This document shows positions 47,401-56,100 of a DNA stretch of 64,000 nt, piece after piece. Below the pieces are notes generated by a model. That model was not told where the DNA came from and searched no databases. It worked only from the letters and a program-made list of their open reading frames with translations. Both the position numbers and the translations under genes were made by a program. Each line of letters starts with the position of its first letter. Position 1 is the first letter of the stretch. Source of the stretch: Zootoca vivipara. Taxonomy: Eukaryota. The stretch covers positions 94,116,001-94,180,000 of the forward strand of contig NC_083277.1 of the NCBI RefSeq assembly GCF_963506605.1, in the 5' to 3' direction.

Positions 47401-49447
47401 CTATGCATTGAATAAGAGAAAGACACATGGCTATCTTAAATTTTTATTTTCTCCAGGTCAACTCATTATTCTGGCTTTACTAATTTTATTGGCAGCCAAT
47501 CCATTGTCAGATTCTCTTATAGCTACCTCTGCTATTTAGAGTTACCTGTTTTCAGTGAACCAGGAGTCCCATTAACCTAGTGTCCGAATTTCAAGCAACT
47601 TTGTCAAGTTTGTAACTTGTAATTGTTTTGGACATGAAAATTAAGTGCATCTTCTTGCAAGATAGGAAAATGAAAATTGAAAACCTATTGTGCTTTGAAG
47701 GTTACTTCTTTTTGGCTCCCAGCAGTCATGGATTGTTAAATATCAGCCTGATAATGCACTTACACAGATTACTTTCTCTCTTCTTGGCAGTGGTTGGCAA
47801 GTAGGGAGACAATCCCCAATCCTGGTGAGGTGATGGGGCATAGCAGGCAAATGAAGGTAAAGGAGGTGGGAATGGGCTCTGGAAAAAGAGTGAGGGAAGA
47901 GCAGGCACTACCATTTGAGAATAGTACATGAAGCCATGGAGAAAAAGGTTTCGGGAATACGGGCTATCAAAAAGATAAGCATGCAAATCTATAAAAACAA
48001 TACAAAATTTAAATGTTCTTAAAACTTCAGGCAGTAATATGCATAATTGATTCAAATAGCCAAATCAAAATCAGCTCTGTGGTTTGGATCCAGACTTTGC
48101 CTTTCCCAGATGAAAGAGACTCCTTCCATCCAGATTTTCAGCCGAGTGGGAGGAGAGGTAATGTTTGCCAATTCACCTCTCTGCAGCCCCCAGTTCCACC
48201 TCCCATGTTCTTCCAGAAGGTGTTGCAACCCTCCAGAACAGTGTTAGAGGTGGCGCAGGGTGTTGCATTGAGGAGAAATAATTAAAATCACTCCTTCCTC
48301 TGTCACCTGCAATATCTCCACCAATGAAGTAAGGCCTGGATCTAACCCTGTACGTTAAGGTTTGTTACCTAAGATCAGTACGTAAAACTGTAGAAATTAA
48401 ATTGCTTTAAGGTGTTCTGTGCATATGCTGTCTGAGAGGTCAAGAGTTCAAACATGTTCTGAATACCAATTGCGGGAAACCACAATAGGTAAGCATCCTC
48501 TTGTACTCAAATCCTGCTTGCTAGTTTCCTACAGACAGCTGTTTGGCTACTGTGAGAACAGGATGCTGGACTAGATGGATCACTGGCCTGATCCAGCAGG
48601 CTCTCCTTATATCATTTTGTTCTTATATGAAGTTTTAAAAACATAGGGTCATTTCCCTCTCTGCTCTGGCCCAGCAGATTAGGTGTTTGCATCAGAGGTC
48701 ATAGGAAGCTGCCAACAGGAATCAGACCAACAAGTCCCTTTTGCTCAGTATTTTCTGACCAGCAGTGGCTCTCCAGCATATAAGACAATAAGTCTGTCTA
48801 AGCCCTGTCTGGATATGCCAGGGGCTGAAGCTGGGACTTTCTGTATGCAAGGCAGGCGCTCTACCACTGAGCTACGGTCCTTCCCCAAATTTGTTCATGG
48901 TCTTGAGCTAAATTAAGTGATTAAAAGTTGTATACTGTGATGAGTCTGTAGTTTTAGACACATTTTACACTAGTCTCCACATCAGGTAGTTTTCAGTTAG
49001 GTAGCATGTACATGGCTTGCGGTTTTGACCAGAACTATCAAACAGGTCAGTGACTTTTGCATTGTAATCTTAAGCAGTTCTGCCTCCCCTTTGTGCTATC
49101 CCTTCCCTCAGATCTTGTTCATTCTGGTGGAATATTTCATTCAATATTAGCACTGTAACTTTGATCTCTAGTTTGCAATTTTACAGCCAATTGCTGATGT
49201 CTCGGCATATACTTCACCCCTGAAAAGCGTGATACCTTGTGTGTCTTTACTGTGAAGTCCATGGTCAATGTCTTCTTTCATGGCAGAAAAGAGGGGATCT
49301 GATGATAAAAAAAGTAGTGTGAAGTCCAGTAGTCGGGAAAAACAGAGTGAAGACACAAGCATGGACTCCAAGGAAGGCGATGCTAAGAATGAGGTCAATG
49401 GGACCAGTGAAGACATTAAATCTGAAGGTGACACTCAGTCCAATTAA
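31737..49447 (+). CDS. LUC7L3: LUC7-like 3 pre-mRNA splicing factor (CROP), 431 aa; exons 31737-31835, 35933-35999, 38011-38050, 38250-38394, 39710-39787, 39867-39971, 40813-40974, 42383-42660, 43477-43637, 49287-49447
   Basis: Ten GT-AG exons (1296 nt) in frame: MISAAQLLDELMGRDRN, ZnF1 (VCKYYLCGFCP...GPCEKIH), coiled coil, ZnF2 (CEVCGAFL...DDHLMGKQH), RE/RS domain, and end EDIKSEGDTQSN*. Confidence 0.97.
33375..34190 (+). mobile_element. LINE L2 3' fragment, interrupted at ~33570-33685
   Basis: Decayed GVTL.LKEQV..L.V.LDP.LSLEAQV, DYCN, LQLVQN.AARLLTG and LHWL motifs. Confidence 0.75.
34728..34974. mobile_element. Tc1/pogo (Tigger-like) MITE
   Basis: TA|CCCTGTTTCTCCTAAAATAAGACA ... TGTCTTATTTTCGGAGAAACACGG|TA. 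Confidence 0.88.
35933..35999 (+). CDS. LUC7L3: LUC7L3 exon 2 (ZnF1)
   Basis: acag|GTT TGT ... TTA G|gtaagt, 67 bp. Confidence 0.96.
36465..36793. mobile_element. Tigger-like MITE
   Basis: TA|CAGGCAACCCTCTACTTA ... TAAGTGGACGGACGCCTG|TA, imperfect TIRs. Confidence 0.65.
36890..37232 (-). mobile_element. Near full-length Sauria SINE
   Basis: Reverse complement reads GGACGTGGGTGGCGCTGTGG...AGAGCCTAGGGCTTGCC...CCTTTACCTTT. Confidence 0.92.
38011..38050 (+). CDS. LUC7L3: LUC7L3 exon 3
   Basis: ctag|GT CCT TGT ... CA|gtgagt, 40 bp. Confidence 0.95.
38250..38394 (+). CDS. LUC7L3: LUC7L3 exon 4
   Basis: tcag|G TAT GAG ... GGT|gtaagt, 145 bp. Confidence 0.95.
39710..39787 (+). CDS. LUC7L3: LUC7L3 exon 5
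   Basis: ttag|CAA GCA GCA GGA ... CAG|gtaatt, 78 bp; this is the only acceptor in frame with the GGT|gtaagt donor. Confidence 0.9.
39867..39971 (+). CDS. LUC7L3: LUC7L3 exon 6
   Basis: ttag|ATT GAA ... TCG|gtaagt, 105 bp; branch point TACTAAC at 39843-39849. Confidence 0.96.
40813..40974 (+). CDS. LUC7L3: LUC7L3 exon 7 (ZnF2)
   Basis: ccag|ACA ATT ... AAA|gtatgt, 162 bp. Confidence 0.96.
41985..42352 (+). mobile_element. CR1 3' end (41985-42116) and a SINE with CR1-like tail (~42250-42352)
   Basis: gggttggagtagatggccctc...ttctatgattctat, CR1 terminal repeat seen twice. Confidence 0.75.
42383..42660 (+). CDS. LUC7L3: LUC7L3 exon 8 (RE/RS-rich)
   Basis: taag|GAA AAA ... AG|gtatca, 278 bp. 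Confidence 0.95.
43477..43637 (+). CDS. LUC7L3: LUC7L3 exon 9 (RS domain)
   Basis: ttag|G AGT CGA ... AAA G|gtcagt, 161 bp. Confidence 0.95.
48440..48885. mobile_element. CR1-like 3' end (+, ~48440-48625) and tRNA-derived SINE (-, ~48700-48885)
   Basis: aacaggatgctggactagatgg...cctgatccagcagg; ...gctctaccactgagctacggtccttcccc. Confidence 0.7.
49287..49447 (+). CDS. LUC7L3: LUC7L3 exon 10, canonical C-terminus
   Basis: gcag|AA AAG AGG ... AAT TAA. Confidence 0.95.
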
Positions 49448-49532
49448 AACTGATCTGATATGACCTCAGATCAGACAGAGGTAAGTGCATTATTTCAAAC
49501 TTTGATTAGGGCTTTTTGTTACTGTTTAACAG

Positions 49533-49618
49533 TGCAGCGTAAGTATGTACAGATGAAGATGGAGCTAAGTCAACAAGAAGAGGTACTAAAGCAACTTCTG
49601 AAGGAAAACACAGTGTAG
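49533..49618 (+). CDS. LUC7L3: Putative LUC7L3 alternative C-terminal coding segment (VQRKYVQMKMELSQQEEVLKQLLKENTV*)
   Basis: Internal donor AAG|gtgaca (49427/8) joined to acceptor ttaacag| (49532) gives an in-frame read. The start resembles the human alternative isoform as I recall it. No transcript evidence. Confidence 0.55.
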
Positions 49619-49876
49619 TCCTGCAAAATCTTTTGAGGTACATTGTTTTGTATCGGCTATTTTGTAGCAGATTCATACCCCCATTAGTGTGCCTCTTGGG
49701 AACATATTTGTAATCTAGTCCCTTAGAAATTAATTATCCTATTTTTTATTTTTAGGGGATTTATTATCTTTTTTAACAACTTGAACTGATTTTGTAATTA
49801 AGTCCATATTGTGTTGGTGCATCAGAAACATTTGCTTTAATACTTAATATTAGAGGCACATGTTGGACTATTTTGT

Positions 49877-50166
49877 NNNNNNNNNNNNNNNNNNNNNNNN
49901 NNNNNNNNNNNNNNNNNNNNNNNNNNNNNNNNNNNNNNNNNNNNNNNNNNNNNNNNNNNNNNNNNNNNNNNNNNNNNNNNNNNNNNNNNNNNNNNNNNNN
50001 NNNNNNNNNNNNNNNNNNNNNNNNNNNNNNNNNNNNNNNNNNNNNNNNNNNNNNNNNNNNNNNNNNNNNNNNNNNNNNNNNNNNNNNNNNNNNNNNNNNN
50101 NNNNNNNNNNNNNNNNNNNNNNNNNNNNNNNNNNNNNNNNNNNNNNNNNNNNNNNNNNNNNNNNNN
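49877..50166. other. Assembly gap (290 N) in the LUC7L3 3' region
   Basis: Run of N. Confidence 1.
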
Positions 50167-51112
50167 AATCTTTAAGCTTACTGTTGTGTGTTTTATTTAC
50201 AAAGAGTGAAAAGGAATCTTTGTGCATATATTGTGAAACTGTTAACCTGATATTAACTTGATTGGAATTTTCTTTCAACTGTGTGTAGGGATGCAGTGCT
50301 GCCCAGAATTAGATATCTTTATTAAATGCAATAAATACTACACAATAATCGCCTTGTAACATTCAATGCATTTCAAGTCTTTAAGAGGTATGTGTTTATA
50401 ATTTCCTACTGCGTAGGAGAATTGCCAGGCAGCCATGGCACACAGCAGCATATACTGGCTGATACCAGACTTGGGAGGCAAATGAAAATAAAGGCCAATG
50501 TCAGAAACACCCAATAGGTATATATAAATGGCAAGAATGTATATAACCACATTGTTAGTTAAATGAAGCTAAATCTTATACATAAATAATTGCCCCGTCT
50601 TGACCTATGATTTCTCAGGGTCATTCCTTAAGTAAGGAATAAACCCAAATAAAACCAGCTGATTTATTGATTTCCTTGCAACATAGTTAATATAGTTTCA
50701 GCTTATCTTCTAAGAACCCCTAACCAATTTACAGTGCAGGCCTATGCATGCTTATTCAGAAGTAGGTTCCACTGTGTTCATTGGGGCTTACTTCCAACTA
50801 AATGTGCATAGGATTTTAGCCATACAGTGCAATCCTCTGAGCACTAATGTTGCACACCCTCCATTCGGTATTTGCATTTGACCTCTGTGCAAGCCCTGTT
50901 GGAATACATGGCTTCCCAACAACAGTGGTTGGTGAATTGTGACATCATGTTTGTCCTTAACTGTCCAATACACAGGGGTGTTAGGTGTAATTTTTATGAG
51001 ATTATTTTGAAGAGTTAAGCAGGCAGCAAGCAGGCGCTATTTAGGAATGGCAAATGAAAGTAATTTCTGTTCCCACTATCTGACTCTCTTTTCCCAACAT
51101 TTTGCGTTATAG

Positions 51113-51625
51113 GAGAACCATGTGACAAGTCTGCGAAGAAGCCTGAAGACTGCTTAATACGAAGATCTGCTTTAAAATGAGGTGAAAGAAAGCTGTAGTG
51201 GCATAGAAAAAAAATTAAAGTTCAGTTAGATTTTTTAAAATAAAAATTAATTGAGGACTGTTGTGACCTCTCAAAATGCAGAGAGAAGTTAATAAGCAAA
51301 CATGCTACTGAGAATTTAAGTCCTGTTATCATTTTTTTTCCTATAAGACTTTTAAGACGATAAACCAACATAACCTGAACACATGGCTTGCTCAGTGTTT
51401 AATTGCAAGTTTTCATTCTTGAACTTTGAAACACAAGGATAAATGTTTAGTATTTTGTGTGACTCAGACTAAAATAAACCCCATTTTTACAACAAAGCTA
51501 TACCTGGCTTCTTGATATACCCTAATGGAAATACAGTATCTATGACTTTCTGTTACACATTTGATTGTCATTGAGTGTTTAATATTAAATAGACTTCTTT
51601 CCAAATAAATCAAATGTGTTCAAGT
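51113..51625 (+). other. LUC7L3: Probable distal non-coding 3' UTR exon of LUC7L3, with AATAAA at 51473-51478 and 51604-51609
   Basis: Pyrimidine tract plus ttatag| at 51112; strong upstream donor GAG|gtaagt at 49480/1; poly(A) hexamers downstream. Confidence 0.55.
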
Positions 51626-53005
51626 TCATTCTTGTCTATCCCCATGCCCCCACCCCAGATCAAAATGAGAGGTTGGGGTATTCCTCTTTATCAAAATTTA
51701 CGTAACCAATTTCTGTCCCAGTAGTTTCCATAGCTTTTTTAAAAGTGTAAATAAAGATAAAGAGGTAACACTGCAAATTTCATGTGGTTGTGTTTTCTTG
51801 GATATGCACTAAGATATATAGTTAAAGTATAAAATATTTGTATTTGTTGGCAAAGTCAGACCTGCATAATATTTGAGAGAAGTGTCAAATTAGAAGCGAG
51901 AATAGGAACAGAAGACCATATGATCCGATACTCCACACATTTTATGTAACCTGCCACTTGTATAAAGGAAAGCATGTAGAACACGTTGTCAGCCTAGGAA
52001 CCAGACAAAAGGAAACTAATAACCTTGTCGGGGTATTTCTCTATGTAATCCAGTCAGCCCAAACCTTAAGTAGATGAGGGCCTACATCAACTGTTAGAAG
52101 ACATGTTGGCAAATGCACACAGCTTCATGACAGGTGAATTGAGGTGGTGCCACAAGGCCTAAAGGAAAATTTTAATTTACACACTTTAAAACTCTTGGCT
52201 ACCCTGTTACAAGTTGATAGTGCAAAAATAAAGCTGCCATTGAAAACTCTTCTTAGGTTCACAGGATAAAGCATCACATAAATACATCGTTTTCTGTTGG
52301 TTTGGTTTGCATTGCATGCCTTTTTATATAAAACTACAAAAATAGTTTTCTAAATGCATAGATTTGCTTAGTTACCAGCATTGCTATATCATCTCTCAAA
52401 CTAACATTACTATGCAACAAGCAATATTATAGAACAAAAGCTGGTAACGGAAAACACTTGTTAAACCTGTTTCTCCATTGTTTATCTTCTCAAAACAATT
52501 CAGTTTTTACAGCATTATATTATAAAGAGCATAGGACAAGAAAACTGAACTTTTACTTGTTCCTCAGTTCATTTGTCTGTCTTACTGTTACACAGAGAAG
52601 GTACCTAGCAGTACTTAAAAAAAAAAAGGACCAGTGATTATGACAACACTAGTTTTTCTGTGGCAACGTTGGCCTGAAAACAATGTATAAAATATATTGA
52701 CTCAATACCTATCATTAGGTGCCAGACACTAGTTGACTGAGGGAACAAATATTTATTGAGGAAACAATTGTGATTAGTTTCCCCAACAAATGTTTTCCAC
52801 TTGTGCTTCTTCGTATAGGCTACACAAGAGACTGCTGAAGTGCTTGAGCAATCCAAGAGCCATCTTTGAGATAGCACCACTCAAGAAATATTAACCAAAG
52901 TTAAGAAAAATATTGCCTATAAAAATATTGAATAGTAAACCCATACTGCTTTAATTTTAACGAGAATAAGGTTTTTAGATATCAACTTCCTAGAAGTCTT
53001 AAACT

Positions 53006-53149
53006 TCAGTATGTCAGCTTTGCTGCTTTAGTGTTAAAGCAGGGTCTTTCCATTAGCGTTGCTGAAGCACTTCTGAAAGGAGAACTGATGCCTCTCACCA
53101 AAACCAGCTCTAGCTCTTGAAAATCCTGAAGCCTGGCAACATCTTTATC
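53006..53149 (-). CDS. ANKRD40CL: ANKRD40-like paralogue terminal coding exon (DKDVARLQDFQELELVL...AAKLTY*)
   Basis: aag|GAT AAA ... TAC TGA, 144 bp; minus-strand AATAAA at 52757-52752. Confidence 0.92.
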   Translation of the reverse strand, partial: DKDVARLQDFQELELVLVRGISSPFRSASATLMERPCFNTKAAKLTY

Positions 53150-56100
53150 CTTGAATGAAAGACAAAAATATCAAACTGATTAGTTGCAGTAACTTTATAA
53201 AATCAGTTTAACAAAGCAAGTGACAAAGCAGGGTGAGAAGATGTATTGAGATAACCAGATGAAATACATCTAAAGAACTACTTTTAAGTCTCCATTATGA
53301 AATAATATTCCTTGTACCAAGTTGTTGAGTAGGAAGTCACTCCAACAAATCTACATTTATAATGCTAACTCACTTCATTCACAGAACTGCATTAGTATGG
53401 TGGGTTGCTAGAGTAATAGCCACGGCATGACCACTTAGTCATTACCATACGTGGGAAGATATACCAGCTTTTATCTGATGTAAACATTTTTGCTTGGATC
53501 TAGCATTTTCCTGAATGTGCTTGAAGAAGGTGGAGGGAGTAAAATCTTGCTGGTTCCTCTAGAGCCCACTGTAAAGTGTCTTATCACTGTGTAGCTCAGT
53601 TGGTTAGAGCATGGTGCTGATAACACCATATGGGACAGCTGTGTATTCCTGCATTGCAGGAGGTTGGACTAGATGATCCTTGGGGTCCCTTCCAACTATG
53701 ATTCTGTGGGAAATTGGGAACTCCAACAAGCAATGTAAAGGGCAAAGCAGGATAGGGATCAGAAACTGAAAACCAGCAAACAGCACTACTTCAGCAGGAG
53801 TAGTGTTACATAAAAGAGACATTCTGGATACAACCCCTTGTAAATCTGAAAACGTTTGGCTGTATCCAACAAAGTTGTCCCATTCGCACAGAGATTCCAC
53901 TTGCACAATGGAACTTCCCCTCTCTTCCCCCGTGCACCCCAAAATCTCTTCTGCGGGTTCTGCTAACCCTCCAGAGCAGATTTTCAGGAACATGCTGAGA
54001 AAAGCGGAAGTTCTGTTGCACAAAAGACGGAGTAGAAGTAGAGCAGGCAGGCAGCCCCTGCAGGGTCAACTCCAGTACTGTACTGAGAATGTGCTGGCAA
54101 AGTAGGACTTCAGCAGGACTGAAGACAGCATCTTAGAACCGTAATTAAACATTGGGGCTGGCTCCATAATCAATTTGGGGCCTGATTCTGGGTCAGGTCA
54201 GCCCCAGAACAACCTGCAGCTGATCTGGTGCCAGATCAGATGAGGAGGAGGTGTGCACAGCCCTAATTAAAAAGCAGCGCCCATCATTCTTCAAGTAGTC
54301 CCCTAAAACCCCTTATCGGGGTACTCAGCCACTGGATGAATGACTGAATATGCTAACTGCTTTGACCATTTTAAAAGACATGCTGCAAGTACTGTATTAT
54401 ACTTTATCTTGTTTATGCTATTTTTTATGTGCAACACAATATACAACCAAGAAACAAAGATTTTCCTACCTCTGCTTTTAAGTGGTACAGTCCAGCAGAA
54501 ACTGCACTAGGATTCTGTAAATTGCATATGTTATTAGAGCCAAACTCTGCATTCTGTTCACTATTTGAGAGCTGGCTGGCTCTGCCTGTTAAAAATTCTG
54601 AAGGCTCCCATACCCAAAGGCAGAGTGAGTTGGAGAGAGGTTCAGCTACACCCACAGGATTGCAGGAGCCACCGGCTGCCTTTCTCCATCAGTTGCTTAT
54701 CTCTACTTAGCAGCTACTTTGCCCTAAGGCCGAAGAACTGGGAAGGAGAAGAGGCAAATTTAGTCACTAAGGGTCAAAGAACACCTATGCTACCTAAAGA
54801 ATTGCCTGCTACCTAAAATTACCAGAATAAACTAGCAGATAGTTGCCTGTACAAAGCATTATCTCAGGCTACTTTTAAAATTGCCTATGTTCTGTTTTGG
54901 ACAGAGATTTATTCTAACATCACTGGTAATCGATGGTCCTTACCTTTCTTATCAGTGTATTCGGTAGCTTTCTAACCTTTTCCACTTGCTCAGGATTAAT
55001 GCCCAATTCATGGCAACTCACTCTGAGCAAATCTTGGTAAGTCAGTTCTTGTCTGTCCAGTTCAATTTCAATGAAGTCATTCTCTTTAGGGTTCTGAACT
55101 CTTACTTTAAGTACCAGTTCTAGAAGTGAAGAGGAAAGAGTATTTTGAAGTTAATCATCGCCAAAATGCAGAGAAACAGAAATGACAGCCACAAACCCAA
55201 ATATATATCCTTGGAAATATACCCTACAAATGTTAACAGATGTTTACTAGACCACCGCCTCTATCATTTATATTTGCTCTTTGCACAGACTCAATAGAAT
55301 CCAGTAGCAGCAAACTCCCATTGTAAAGCAGTGGGGCTCTGTCATGAACTCTGCTGTGTTGTGTGGCCACAGATTCTCAGATATATGCATAAGTAATGAC
55401 TGAAGAACAAAGTTGAGAAGTTTAAGGTTGAGAAGGGAACAAACACGAAGAACAACAAGCTACGGTATGGCAATGTTGCTACAGGCAACTGCAGCAAAAA
55501 AAAGTCTACATTATGCACACACATACATGCTCTGCAGACGAACAGCCCCAGTCCACTAAAATTACTCAAGGAGATCAGTAAGTGTAGAGTACAATGAAGA
55601 AGCAAGTGGGGTGGAGGGCTGTGACAGCTGTATAAAGCTATTAAGGGGCTAAAGATGGAAAAGTGATTCACAGGCCACTGCCACAAAGAGATGAGCTCTT
55701 CAGCTCTCCACCTTGTCTTCTTACCCATCTCATTCTCTTGCTTAGTGGCTGCGTCTTCACACTGATATTTCCAGCATCTGATTAGTGCCAAGTGTGCTTT
55801 AAAAAAAGAAAAAATCTGCATCTGCAGATTTAATGAAGCCCTGAAGTTAATGATTCTCTACTCTTAAGCAATTAAATGTTAAAGCTGACCAGCATAGAGG
55901 ATAGGCGTGCTTTAGTTTTATGGTTGAAGCTAAGTAGGTGGAAGACAGCCTAGGCTCCATGTGTAAGTTGCTCTGAGCTCAGAAGAGAAGGGCACAAGTG
56001 AAACATCATAAATAATGCCTCAATCCTAATTTTATATGTGCCAGAGTTAACTGTCGCAAGCAGATTAACGTACTGCTTTGAAATGTTAAAGGTAAAGGGA

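Noticed and set aside
49860-50278. ORFs of 100-136 aa
   Set aside because: Artefacts of translating the N gap.
53588-53625. tRNA-like sequence GTAGCTCAGTTGGTTAGAGC
   Set aside because: No T-arm or acceptor stem, and it runs into a CR1-type tail, so it is a SINE head.
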